This document shows, piece after piece, positions 1-9,328 of a stretch of DNA of 64,000 nt. A program made the translations under genes and the position numbers. The notes under the pieces are model-generated. The model did not search any database. It saw nothing but the letters and a program-made list of their open reading frames with translations, and had not been told where the DNA came from. Each line of letters opens with the position of its first letter. Position 1 is the first letter of the stretch. Where the stretch lies: positions 32,001 through 96,000 of the forward strand of contig CAVOGR010000002.1 in the NCBI GenBank assembly GCA_963695555.1, read 5' to 3'. This DNA is from an uncultured Gemmatimonadales bacterium (GTDB lineage Bacteria > Gemmatimonadota > Gemmatimonadetes > Gemmatimonadales > GWC2-71-9).

Positions 1-883
1 CCAGCGACCAGTCGCGCATGTGCTCGATGGCCTCGACCACCGCGCCGGGACGCTCCTCGTGGATGTGATGGCCGGCGCCACCGACCGTGTCGACTTGAAA
101 GGCGTGAAGCGTGCGGTGGAAGAGCGCGATCTCGCCGGCGGAGACCCCGCCTTCGTGCGGTGCCGTTCCCCTGAGCAGGAAGACGGGAGCCGGGATATCA
201 GCCAGATGATCCCGGAGGCGCTCCGGCTCGCGGGCCTTCCCCATCTGGATGTAGGCCAGGAGGGTTCCGTCCAGGTCGGCCGCGGTGCCGGCGGTGTAGC
301 CGGCGACCACCTCGTCGGTCACCCAGCTCGGATCGCCCGACGTTTCGATGAAGCCCTTCCGCATTTCCTTTCGGACGCGCTTGACGCCGCCGGCCCACTT
401 GATGAACGACACGAACCGAAGCGCCTTCTTGAAACCGGGTGTGGCGGCTTCCTCGGCGGGGCCGCCCTCGATTGAGAGCAGCGCTCCCACCGCGCTGGGC
501 CGGCGATACGCCAGGCGCAGTGCGATCGATGCGCCGAGCGAGTGGGCAACGACCAACGCGTCGGAGATACCGAGCGTGTCGAGCACTGCGGCGACGCGAT
601 CGGCCTGGGCGGTGAGGGAGTAGTCGGCCTTCTCGGGGCGCGACGAGTGACCGAAGCCGAGCGGCTCGATGACGATCGCCTGATACTCGTCCGATGGAAG
701 GAGCGCGATCACTTTGCGAAAGGCGTAGGCCGAGCCGGCCAGCCCCGGTATGAACACGACCGGCCGACCATGGCCCACCACCATGACATGGAGCGACTCG
801 GCCCGGGCGACGGTGACGTACCTACTCAGGGCGGAGTCGGGCGACGCCGAGGCACTGAGAGCGAGCATGAGGGCGAGCCACAT
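1..883 (-). CDS. Alpha/beta-fold hydrolase, 3' end runs off the window (not in the ORF track)
   Basis: Hand translation: MWLALMLALSASA...VVFIPGLAGS...VIEPLGFGHS...VVAHSLGASIAL (nucleophile elbow)...GAGHHIHEERP. GGAGGA SD at 891-896; frame open to base 2. Confidence 0.88.
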   Translation of the reverse strand, partial: MWLALMLALSASASPDSALSRYVTVARAESLHVMVVGHGRPVVFIPGLAGSAYAFRKVIALLPSDEYQAIVIEPLGFGHSSRPEKADYSLTAQADRVAAVLDTLGISDALVVAHSLGASIALRLAYRRPSAVGALLSIEGGPAEEAATPGFKKALRFVSFIKWAGGVKRVRKEMRKGFIETSGDPSWVTDEVVAGYTAGTAADLDGTLLAYIQMGKAREPERLRDHLADIPAPVFLLRGTAPHEGGVSAGEIALFHRTLHAFQVDTVGGAGHHIHEERPGAVVEAIEHMRDWSL

Positions 884-912
884 GACGTGATCCTCCGTGA
901 GGGTCCACCGCC

Positions 913-945
913 ACGTTCGCCGCGCGGGGTCAAGTCACGATCAAG
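913..945 (-). promoter_or_regulatory. Putative SARP-activated promoter of the hydrolase gene
   Basis: Minus strand TTGATCG-N4-TTGACCC-N8-GAACGT, same geometry as at 2278-2310 and 7706-7738. Confidence 0.65.
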
Positions 946-1007
946 CCGCGCGAGGCTCGGTGTCCCCGCGCGGCTTGGTTACGCCGTCTCCGAGTGTGGT
1001 CACTTCA

Positions 1008-2219
1008 CTACGGCGTGCATTGCACCTCCATGTCGTACCCGGTGGACGACCCCGGCCCGACCTTGAGCACCACCTTCATTCTGCCGCGGAATGGGCCCGA
1101 CGGCGGCACCTCGATCTGCAGCACCACGCTCGACACCGAGGACAGGTGGTCGTTCAGGCGGGCATGGTCGTTCTGGTTGATCACGGCCGTGTACGTCTCT
1201 GCCAGCGGCGTCGGTGGGCTGGTGCTGGGATCCACCGGCGTCAGGTCGAGCTGCCCGTGGGCGCGGAACATGGTCAGGTAGTTCCCGCCTTGGGTCACGA
1301 TGGTCCGTTGGGTAAGTTCGATCGGACCGGTCACATACAGGTACTGGAACGCGTCACCCGAGCAGAACGGCTTCGGAATCACCTGATCGAACTGGATGGT
1401 GTATTCCTGGGTCGTGACGCCGGGCGTCGGCGTGCTTTGGCCGGTCACGAATAGGACGGTGGCCTGCCCATCGGTCAGGATCGGCACGGGATCGGTGGTA
1501 CTCGGCGGGCCACCGACCAGCGCCTTCAGCTCGTCCGGCAATCCGTTGTAAATCATGGCCGGAATCTCACGCCACGGCGCCGGGTTGATGGGCGGCGTCA
1601 ACGTGAGCGGCCCACCCGGATCGAGCAGGCCCGACCGCAGAAAGTCGATGACCACCAGCTGCTCGGCCAACTCCCAGTGGATGACCTGGTGCTCGTGTGT
1701 GCCGGGAATCAGCAGTTCGAAGTGCGCGTTCGCGACCGTGATGCTCCCCATGTCGAACAACCGAACGTGGAATCGCAGTGGATCATAGGCACCGCACTCG
1801 AGCTGTACCGCGCTGCCTTCCCACCCATGCGGCTCGGCGTAGGCGCCCTGCATCGTGCCGCCCAAGGCATCGGTCCAAGTGCAGTTGAATGGGAACGCGT
1901 CCGGAAGACCGAACATGGTCCGGTTCCCGTCGAGTCCCATCAGGGCCGAACGCAGTTGCTGTGGATTCGCCTGGCCGCTGAAGATCAGGTTCACCGGGTC
2001 GTCCGGCGTCGCGAGGTTCGAGCTGGTGAACGGCCAGAAGGTGAGCGACTCTCCGCCCACGTCGACCGTCACCAGCGGCGCAGGCGCCTGCGCATCGTTG
2101 GTTTTCGCCGAGAGTTCGGACACGGGGCCGACCGGATCCGACCCATCGTTGCAGCCAACGATGAGGACCAGGGAAAGTGCGGCTGCGACAATGCCCCCAG
2201 TCATGCGGCATGACAACAT
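1008..2219 (-). CDS. Hypothetical lipoprotein (403 aa)
   Basis: Long ORF, AGGAGG SD, hydrophobic signal ending in lipobox-like LIVG-C; no family recognised. Confidence 0.8.
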   Translation of the reverse strand: MLSCRMTGGIVAAALSLVLIVGCNDGSDPVGPVSELSAKTNDAQAPAPLVTVDVGGESLTFWPFTSSNLATPDDPVNLIFSGQANPQQLRSALMGLDGNRTMFGLPDAFPFNCTWTDALGGTMQGAYAEPHGWEGSAVQLECGAYDPLRFHVRLFDMGSITVANAHFELLIPGTHEHQVIHWELAEQLVVIDFLRSGLLDPGGPLTLTPPINPAPWREIPAMIYNGLPDELKALVGGPPSTTDPVPILTDGQATVLFVTGQSTPTPGVTTQEYTIQFDQVIPKPFCSGDAFQYLYVTGPIELTQRTIVTQGGNYLTMFRAHGQLDLTPVDPSTSPPTPLAETYTAVINQNDHARLNDHLSSVSSVVLQIEVPPSGPFRGRMKVVLKVGPGSSTGYDMEVQCTP

Positions 2220-2277
2220 GATGACCTCCTGGTGAGGGAAGAGCCTCGATCTCTCTCTAGGAGGCCGAGGCTCTGGG

Positions 2278-2310
2278 ATGCTAGGACCAGGGGGTCAAGC
2301 GGGGGTCAAG
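2278..2310 (-). promoter_or_regulatory. Putative SARP-activated promoter of the 403-aa lipoprotein gene
   Basis: Minus strand TTGACCC-N4-TTGACCC-N8-TAGCAT. Confidence 0.7.
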
Positions 2311-2382
2311 CGGGGGGCTATTGGCTATTGGCTGAATAAGGGAGTAGGGAGTGGGGAGTAGGGAGTAGGATTTTGTGCTCGA

Positions 2383-2585
2383 TATCATCCCGAGCGTAGC
2401 GAGGGATTTCCTCAGCCGTTCTTCTCGCCCTCCGGCCGCGAGTCCGCGGCTTAAGCCGCGGCTCCGCTACTGTCGCTAAAGCGACGTACTGCTTTCTTCC
2501 TCCCAACTTTCCGTCTTTCCGCCTTGTCGCCTTCCCGGCATGCGTTAAAGAGATCCCTCGGGCGCTTCGCACCCTCGGGATGACA
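2383..2585. repeat. Bipartite palindromic REP/MITE-like element, copy 1 (longer interior)
   Basis: Left arm TCATCCCGAGCGTAGCGAGGGAT, right arm GAGATCCCTCGGGCGCTTCGCACCCTCGGGATGACA; internal palindrome CCGCGGCTTAAGCCGCGG at 2444-2461. Confidence 0.85.
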
Positions 2586-2604
2586 CTCCGGGGTAACCCG
2601 GCCC

Positions 2605-2657
2605 TCCTTACTCCTTACTCCTTACTCCTTACTCCCTACTCCTTACTCCTCACTCCC
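2605..2657. repeat. Heptamer tandem repeat (TACTCCT/TACTCCC)n overlapping the SARP gene stop
   Basis: About 7 tandem units visible directly. Confidence 0.9.
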
Positions 2658-4564
2658 TTCACAGCATCCATCACCCGCTCCCGCCCTCCCGCCGTAATCA
2701 TGTCGCGAGCCACCACCTCACGCATGATCCGGGCGACGAACACGTAGCCGCGCGATTCGAAGCTGAGCCAGCGCTGCCACTCGAGCTGATCGAGTGCCGC
2801 GTTTACCTGCTCCTCGGGGAAGCCGGTGGCGGTGGCCAGCATTTCGGGCGACGGGCGCTCGTCGAGGATAGCGGCTGCGGCCAAGACCTGCTGCGCGTCC
2901 GCACTCAGGCGATTGAAGCCGATTCGGATCGCGGCGACGATGGTGTCGGGCAGGCCGCCGGGTGCGGTCTCGGACAGAGTGTGAAGCGGCGCGGGCCAGG
3001 CACCGGCCTGGGAATCGAGATCGAACCCGGAGGCGATGGCGTGGAGCAGCTCGACCGCGAGGAGCGGGTAGCCCGCGGAGTCGGCCACTAGGCGGCGCGC
3101 GAGGCGCGCGGTTTCCTGCTCGGCGTAACTCGGGATGGCCCAGTGTGCCAGTTGCGCGAGTGCTTTCTCCGAAAGCGCGCCGAGGGTGAGGCACACGCCC
3201 GGCACGTCGCGCCCGAGTCGGGAGCGGAGGTCGTCCAGCTCGTCACGGCCCTCACGGGTATTCGCGGTCAGGATGAGAAGCAGCGGCGTCGCGGCCAGGT
3301 CACGCAGCAAGGCAAGTACGGCGGAGAAGCTATCGTGATCCAGCCAGTGGGCGTTGTCGATCATGACCACGACCGGTTGTTCCACGAGCGCCGCCTGGAA
3401 CACTTCGCCAATGGCCTGCCCGACCGGCTCGGGCGCGATGCCCTTCACCGCCTGGGCGTACTGGTCCTGCCACTCAGCGAGGTGCTGGGTGAAGCTCGCC
3501 AACGCGGCCGGCGGCGAGCCCGCGACACCCGCGATGTCGAGCAACCCGCCGCGCGCCAGACCGTACACACCGCTCCACTCGCGCGACCGATCGGCCTCGA
3601 CCGCCCGCAGTGCCACCACGGCGGCACCATCCAGCCGCGCTCGATCGAGCAGCTCGTCGGCCAGCCTGGTCTTCCCGGTGCCCGAGTCCCCCAGAATCAC
3701 CACGGCATGTGCCTCGCCGCGTGCGGCACATGCGTCCCAAGCCCCGACGATCGATCCCAACTCCTGTTCCCGTCCCACGAGCGGCGCGCGGCGGCTCTCA
3801 GCCAGATTCTTCGCCGCGTCGGACCGCGTGGCCGACGATGCGAGACCCAGCGACCGATCCTGCCGAATCCGTTCGGCGAGCTGAGCGGTGGCCTGTTCGG
3901 GCTTGGACTCGAGTTCCTGCACCAGCCGGTTGGCCAACGCGTCGTAGCGCTCCAACGCGGTTGCCCGATTGCCCGACAGCGAGAGACAGCGCATCACCGC
4001 CCGAAGCGCCGTCTCCGACCACGGGTCGAGCACAGTGGCCCGCTCGGCGCGCTGAGTCGCGTCGCTCACGTGACCGCCAGCCAAGAGTTCGTCGGTGTAC
4101 TCCGCCAAGACCTCGACGCCGCGGCGGCGCCAGGTGCCACGTTCCGCCGTGAGCCAGTCTTCGAATTCGGACGCGTCGTCAATTCCGAATCCTTCGAGGA
4201 AATTCCCGCCGACCATGTCGCCCGCACGCACAGTGTCACCCGCTGCTGCAGCTTGCTCGAATTGATCGACATCGAGCTCGACCGCATCGTCCGCCAACTC
4301 GACCGTATCACTCTCGGTCGTGATGTTCTTCTCGCCGATGATCTGACGCAGCGCGCGCAGCGCTTCGTTCAATGAGTGGCGTGCGGCCTTCTCGTCCTTA
4401 TCGGCCCAGAGCAGACCGATCAGGTGCTGGCGGCTCCGCCGGCGATGCGGCGAACGGGCCAGGTAGATGAGCAACGCCAGGTTCTTCCGCCACAGGAGCT
4501 CGGCGGGGGCCGGCTGGCCGTCGACCCGCACCTCGACCGGGCCCAGCGTCCGGCAGGTGATCAT
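2636..4564 (-). CDS. SARP-family transcriptional activator (wHTH + BTAD + AAA/NB ATPase), AfsR-like
   Basis: ITCRTLGPVEV...LLIYLA...LLWAD...SLNEALRALR...LDVDQFE...FLEGF...FEDWLTAER...DPWSE (BTAD); Walker A GDSGTGKT, Walker B VMIDNAHW. ATG at 4564 overlaps the kinase stop (ATGA). Confidence 0.88.
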   Translation of the reverse strand: MITCRTLGPVEVRVDGQPAPAELLWRKNLALLIYLARSPHRRRSRQHLIGLLWADKDEKAARHSLNEALRALRQIIGEKNITTESDTVELADDAVELDVDQFEQAAAAGDTVRAGDMVGGNFLEGFGIDDASEFEDWLTAERGTWRRRGVEVLAEYTDELLAGGHVSDATQRAERATVLDPWSETALRAVMRCLSLSGNRATALERYDALANRLVQELESKPEQATAQLAERIRQDRSLGLASSATRSDAAKNLAESRRAPLVGREQELGSIVGAWDACAARGEAHAVVILGDSGTGKTRLADELLDRARLDGAAVVALRAVEADRSREWSGVYGLARGGLLDIAGVAGSPPAALASFTQHLAEWQDQYAQAVKGIAPEPVGQAIGEVFQAALVEQPVVVMIDNAHWLDHDSFSAVLALLRDLAATPLLLILTANTREGRDELDDLRSRLGRDVPGVCLTLGALSEKALAQLAHWAIPSYAEQETARLARRLVADSAGYPLLAVELLHAIASGFDLDSQAGAWPAPLHTLSETAPGGLPDTIVAAIRIGFNRLSADAQQVLAAAAILDERPSPEMLATATGFPEEQVNAALDQLEWQRWLSFESRGYVFVARIMREVVARDMITAGGRERVMDAVKGVRSKE

Positions 4565-7371
4565 GTGGGACACTCCCGAGCAAGCTCCGCCGCATGGTCG
4601 CGGAGCGGCGCCACCTGGGGCTCCGGGTTGGTCCAGATCTCGAGTAGGCGCCGCACCATTTGGCAGGCCCGCTCCCCGTTTCCCAGTTGACGCAGCACCC
4701 GGCTCCGGTCGAGCCGCGCGTAGGTGCCGACCGCCCAGTCGATTTCGGCCGCTTGCGCCTCACCCGCGAGCCATCCGGCGAAGTCCGAGTTTTCGTACCA
4801 GAGCCACTCCTTTTCCGCCTCCTCGAGTCGACCGACCTGTTCGTACCAGAGGGCACGATGGCGATGGAGCACGGCGCGGGCGAACGGATCGGCCATTCGG
4901 TCGGCGGAATCGGAGGCGAACAGTGGTTGCGACAATTCCAGAGCACCCGCGTGATCTCCCGTCAACGCGTGACGCATGGCTTCCAGGAAGGTGACCAGTC
5001 GCAGTGATGCCGCGTTCCGACCAGCATGCTGTCCGGCTCGGGCGTGCCAGGCGCCGAGCCTCGCCGCATCGTTCCTGGTGTATGCGTCGATTCCCAGTGC
5101 CCATGCCGCCCGGACGCCGCGATGCCCATCCAAGGCCAGCGCTTCCAGTACTTGGCGACCTTTGACCGCCTCCACTTCAGGTAGGGTGCCGGCGCCGAGC
5201 GCCAGCAGCAGCACGCGCCACTCATGAGCTTGGAGGCGGGCCTCGTCGGTGGGCGACAGGCTGAGCGCGGAATCGAGATGCGCGAGGCCGGCGCCAGGAC
5301 GTCCCAGGGCGATCGACGCCAGCCCCTGGCCGGTATGACCACTGGCGTGTTGAAGCGGCGGGGCACCGGGAACATCGGCCAACCACTTCCCGAGCTGGAG
5401 TTGGGCGTTCGGGATATCGAACGACAGTCCCATGCGCACGACCCGTGATACATCGGCAACGAAACTCGTTTCAGAATTTGCCAGGAGCGTTGGCTCCAGG
5501 GCCGCTGCCGAGTCGGGAGCAAAGCGGTAGAGATAGGCGAGCCCCAGCTGTCGCCCGACGTCGAGCTCTCCGCCCGGCTGCGTGCCGATCGAGTCACGTT
5601 GCGCCACGACCCGCGCGGCTTCGTCCCGGCGGCCGAGGCGGATGTACGCCCATGCAACCTGATTGAGCACCGGCCCGAAGCGCGGATTCAATGCTCGCGC
5701 CGCTTCCATCGTGTTGAGGGCGTGTTCCAGCTGCAATCCCGAGAGCGGGCCGCGATGAAACAGCTCGTTCCCGTACACGAACTTGGCGTAGAAGTCGTGC
5801 GGATAGAGCGAGTCGGCCCGGGCGTAGATTGCCCTCCGTCGCGCCAGATCGGGCTCCAACTGGGCCGTGATCAGGAGCGTGTCCAGGGGGCCAAAGTCGG
5901 CTTTGTGCGCCGTGTACACCTGGGCCAAGTCGATGTCGGTTGGGATCCGCTGCCACCGCCGCGTGTCGGCCAGGCGCCAGGCGGCCTGGGCGAAGGTCGA
6001 ATCGATGGCCAGCGCTGCCTCGAAGTGATTCCCTGCCACCGCCCACGCATCGCGTCCGAAGGCAATCTGCCCATTGAGGAATTGGCTGATGGCCCGGAAG
6101 TCCTTGGTCGCAAGGCTCGGGATCTCACGATACAACGACACCCAGAGAGGAAAGACCCGCCGCACCAGGTCCAATCCAATCGAGTCCGGGAGCACAGCCC
6201 ACGCGGTTTCCTTGGCGCGGTGCGGCGGCAGCATGGTGCGATTGCCGTCGACATCGAGGACGTACATCTCGACCACCAGCTCGTCGCCCTGGCGGATGAG
6301 TTGCCCTTCGGTTCGGTTGCGTGCCCGGGTCGAGTCACGCTGGGCCAACTCGATTTGCGGCAGGCCCCGGAGCTTGAAGTGGAGCGCCTCAGCGAACTCC
6401 AGCCCAAGGTTCGGGTCGACGCCTCCAGCAACGGCCAGCGGTGGAATCGCGAGATCCGGCAACGCGGCGGCCGGAGCGCCACCACAGCGCGGCCACCATT
6501 GGAATAGCCGGCAGAGTGGCGCCGGAGGAACCAACAGGAGCAACGCGGCGACCGCGATCAGGGCCAGCACTCCGGCGGGCCGAAGGATCGAGCGGTGCCG
6601 GATCCGGTCGAGCGCCTTCCGGAATTCAATCGCGTCGGCCCAGCGGCTATCGGGTGACCGCGCGAGCGCGCGTTTGAGCAACGTGGCGACGCGGAGCGGA
6701 ACGCCTCGCCAATCGGCATCGGCCGCGGGGACGTCTCGATTCCATCGCCGGCCGGAGCAGGCCTCGTAGAGCACCATGCCCAGCGAGTAGAGATCGCTCC
6801 GGGGCGACACCTCGCCGGTCGATTGTTCCGGCGCCATGTAGGCCGGGGTGCCCACAAAATGACCCGCTTTGGTCAGCGTGGTATCGCTCGACGTGCGGGC
6901 GATGCCGAAATCGCCGAGCAAGGCGCGGTCCTTCATCAGGAAGATGTTGGCGGGCTTGACGTCGCGGTGCACCGTGCCGAGTTGATGGACCGCCTCGAGC
7001 GCACTCAGGAGCTGGACACCGAGCGACGCGACATCGGGAACCGACAACGGACCGCGCTCGAGCCTCGCGGCGAGCGACTCGCCCTCGATCAGGTCCATCA
7101 CGTAATAGTGGAGACCCGCCACTACGCCGGCTTGATGGATGGCGATGATATTGGGGTGGCTCAGGGTGGCGAGGAGCCGGGCCTCGCGGAGAAACCGTTC
7201 CGCGGCCACGGCGGTCGCCATCTCCGGCCGCAGGACCTTGATGGCCACCCGGCGGTCGAGGGTGGGATCATGGGCGACAAATACGATCCCCATTCCCCCG
7301 GATGCGAGTTCGCTTTCGACCTCGTAGTGGGGTCGGAGCGCCACGCGCACCCGTTCCAGCAGCAGGCTCAT
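4561..7371 (-). CDS. Hanks-type Ser/Thr protein kinase with TM helix and C-terminal TPR-like helical region
   Basis: SGGMGIV, VAIK, HRDVKPAN, DFG, GTPAYMAPE, SDLYSLG motifs; hydrophobic GVLALIAVAALLLLV segment. Confidence 0.93.
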   Translation of the reverse strand: MSLLLERVRVALRPHYEVESELASGGMGIVFVAHDPTLDRRVAIKVLRPEMATAVAAERFLREARLLATLSHPNIIAIHQAGVVAGLHYYVMDLIEGESLAARLERGPLSVPDVASLGVQLLSALEAVHQLGTVHRDVKPANIFLMKDRALLGDFGIARTSSDTTLTKAGHFVGTPAYMAPEQSTGEVSPRSDLYSLGMVLYEACSGRRWNRDVPAADADWRGVPLRVATLLKRALARSPDSRWADAIEFRKALDRIRHRSILRPAGVLALIAVAALLLLVPPAPLCRLFQWWPRCGGAPAAALPDLAIPPLAVAGGVDPNLGLEFAEALHFKLRGLPQIELAQRDSTRARNRTEGQLIRQGDELVVEMYVLDVDGNRTMLPPHRAKETAWAVLPDSIGLDLVRRVFPLWVSLYREIPSLATKDFRAISQFLNGQIAFGRDAWAVAGNHFEAALAIDSTFAQAAWRLADTRRWQRIPTDIDLAQVYTAHKADFGPLDTLLITAQLEPDLARRRAIYARADSLYPHDFYAKFVYGNELFHRGPLSGLQLEHALNTMEAARALNPRFGPVLNQVAWAYIRLGRRDEAARVVAQRDSIGTQPGGELDVGRQLGLAYLYRFAPDSAAALEPTLLANSETSFVADVSRVVRMGLSFDIPNAQLQLGKWLADVPGAPPLQHASGHTGQGLASIALGRPGAGLAHLDSALSLSPTDEARLQAHEWRVLLLALGAGTLPEVEAVKGRQVLEALALDGHRGVRAAWALGIDAYTRNDAARLGAWHARAGQHAGRNAASLRLVTFLEAMRHALTGDHAGALELSQPLFASDSADRMADPFARAVLHRHRALWYEQVGRLEEAEKEWLWYENSDFAGWLAGEAQAAEIDWAVGTYARLDRSRVLRQLGNGERACQMVRRLLEIWTNPEPQVAPLRDHAAELARECPT

Positions 7372-7388
7372 TTTTGCGCCTCGCTGGA

Positions 7389-7427
7389 ATGGTGCGGCTT
7401 CCCGGGAAGAAGGTCAAGCGGGAATCA
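7389..7427 (-). promoter_or_regulatory. Putative sigma70 promoter of the kinase-SARP operon
   Basis: TTGACC-N17-CACCAT; a degenerate CTGA copy lies 11 bp upstream of the TTGA. Confidence 0.5.
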
Positions 7428-7483
7428 GCGGTTCGGCGGTTCGGCGGTTCGGCGGTTCGGCGGTTCGGCGGTTCGGCGGTTCG
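7428..7483. repeat. Octamer tandem repeat (GCGGTTCG)x7
   Basis: Seven perfect units; a degenerate relative occurs near 38614-38637. Confidence 0.95.
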
Positions 7484-7517
7484 AAGGTCGCTCACTGCAA
7501 CGTCACGCGCCACATGC

Positions 7518-7636
7518 TGTCATCCCGAGCGCAGCGAGGGATCTCCTCGGCTGCTACACGAACGCGGCCTTGGTCCGCGACTCTCCGGGCATGCGTTCAT
7601 GAGATCCCTCGGGCGCTTCGCACCCTCGGGATGACA
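7518..7636. repeat. Bipartite palindromic REP/MITE-like element, copy 2
   Basis: TGTCATCCCGAGCGCAGCGAGGGATCTC ... GAGATCCCTCGGGCGCTTCGCACCCTCGGGATGACA; terminal inverted repeat TGTCATCCCGAG/CTCGGGATGACA. Confidence 0.9.
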
Positions 7637-7705
7637 ATCCGGAGGTTATCAGCCTCCTCACTCCTCCACTCACCACTCCTTACTCCTTACTCCTCACTCC
7701 TATCC

Positions 7706-7738
7706 CTTGACCCCCCCTTGACCCCCGCCGGCCACCGT
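7706..7738 (+). promoter_or_regulatory. Putative SARP-activated promoter of the small lipoprotein gene
   Basis: TTGACCC-N4-TTGACCC-N8-CACCGT. Confidence 0.7.
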
Positions 7739-7768
7739 TCCCTTGGAACCTGAACCGGGGGAACCACC

Positions 7769-8137
7769 ATGCGTGCCAAACAAATCCTGTCCCTGATCGT
7801 GATGGCCTCGTATCTGGCCGGCTGCACCACCTGGCGGGTTCAGCCCGTCACGCCGAAGCAGCTGGTAGAGACCAAGCGGCCCGCCAAGGTGCGGGTGCTC
7901 ACCACCCAGGATCAGCAGCTGGTGTTCCATCAGCCATTCGTCCGCGACGATTCCCTCATGGGATACGTCGAGGGCGAGGCGACCCGAATCCCGCTCGACC
8001 AGATCGTGCGGGTGGAAAAGCGGCAAACCGACGGGACCAAGACCGCCCTGGTCGGCCTGTGGATTGCGGCACTTGTTGTGGGGGGTGTGATCGTGGTCCA
8101 CAACTCCGACTATATGGGCGGCAGTGCTACCTGGTGA
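7769..8137 (+). CDS. Small hypothetical lipoprotein with C-terminal TM helix
   Basis: Lipobox LAG-C; C-terminal KTALVGLWIAALVVGGVIVV. Confidence 0.8.
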   Translation: MRAKQILSLIVMASYLAGCTTWRVQPVTPKQLVETKRPAKVRVLTTQDQQLVFHQPFVRDDSLMGYVEGEATRIPLDQIVRVEKRQTDGTKTALVGLWIAALVVGGVIVVHNSDYMGGSATW

Positions 8138-8280
8138 AACCAGGGTCAATAGGCACTCGCGTACGGAGGCCGGAGGGATTGTTCCATAACGCGTGGAACC
8201 GGCAGTTGCTCAATCTGCCCGCAGCTCCGGAGGCCCGGCCGGGCAACTGGCCGTCAGTGATATCGCAGGCGGCATGAGCT

Positions 8281-8390
8281 GGGGAGTGAGGAGTAAATAG
8301 TAAGGAGTAAGGAGTAAGTAAGGAAAGCCAGAAATGACTCCCGACTCCCTACTCCCCACTCCCTACTCCCTACTCCTCACTCCTCACTCC
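8281..8390. repeat. Inverted pair of heptamer arrays (GGAGTAA...TACTCCC) between convergent genes
   Basis: Purine-rich array then pyrimidine-rich array, visible directly. Confidence 0.85.
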
Positions 8391-9176
8391 GTCGGCGCCA
8401 CCTCGTCCACATACGACCGATCCACGTAGCCCTCGGTCCGGCCATCGACGATGACGCGGTACCATCCGTCCGCCAGCGAGTCGACCAGCACCCGCTCGCC
8501 GGGGCGGAGGGTACGTACGGTAGCCGCAATACCGCTCCGTCCTTCACGCAGGTTGACCCAGGTCCTGGCATACCGTTCGAGTGGCGTGCCCGCGGGAAGT
8601 GCCGCGGCAGGTGGGGTGACCGAGGGGAGGCTGTCTCGCGCGGCAGCGGCGGGGAACGGCTCTGGCGTGGACGCGACGGCTGGTACGGCGTCACGCCGAA
8701 CCGGTGGCGGGGTTTCGGGAGTGGTGTCGATCGCTTGAACCCGGGGTTGGGTTACCGACCGCGATGGAGTGCTTGGTGCCGTATCGACCCGCCGGGCCGG
8801 CGGCGGCGCGGGCGGCTCGCGCGCGGGAGCCGTCTCGGGTGTCACAACCGCTTGCGTCTCTTGGGCCGGTGCCTGGGTCGCGCTCGCCGAATCGTCGGGG
8901 GTGGGACCGGGCTCGAGCCCCTCGCCACTGGCAGCCGCCGTTACTGGCGCAGTCGCGGCGCTCGAGCGGTCGCGACCCGGTAGGTGCAGTACGATCAGCG
9001 CGCCCACCGCAATCAGGGCGACCACGACCATCAGCACCCGCACCGGCGTGCCCAGCTCCGGGCCCGGAAATGGCCTGCCGACGAATGCCGGGCGTGAAGA
9101 TGAGCCCGCATGCAGGGCATCGGGACGCGGAGCTCTCGGCTCGCTGGCCACAGGACGGACAGTCGAGAAAGGCCAT
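8384..9176 (-). pseudogene. Zn-ribbon + TM + Pro/Ala linker + bacterial SH3 protein, one frameshift near 9060-9090 (possibly an assembly error)
   Basis: MAFLDCPSCG...CPACG is in one frame (ORF 8691-9176). TM and SH3 (YARTWVNLREG...DSLADGWYRV...GYV) are in another (8384-9151). Intact paralogue at 10140-10754. Confidence 0.8.
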
Positions 9177-9328
9177 GATGAGTCTGAATATCGATTCGCC
9201 GGTTGGCCTGGGGCAACGGGTGGGTTGCGGGAGGAGTTCAGACTACTGGTGAGGGCTATTGGCTATTGGCTGGCCCGCGCAGAGACTAATAGCGAATAGC
9301 CAATGACAAATAGCCTCTTCCCCTCCCT

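Noticed and set aside
20..1454. + strand ORFs at the window start
   Set aside because: The real gene is the minus-strand alpha/beta hydrolase, omitted by the track because its stop is off-window.
7428..7636. Possible CRISPR array from repeats and palindromes
   Set aside because: Tandem units have no unique spacers, REP-like copies are kilobases apart, and no cas genes are present.
8140..8280. Possible small RNA downstream of the small lipoprotein
   Set aside because: Only weak pairing (CAGTTGC...GCAACTG) and no recognisable family or promoter.
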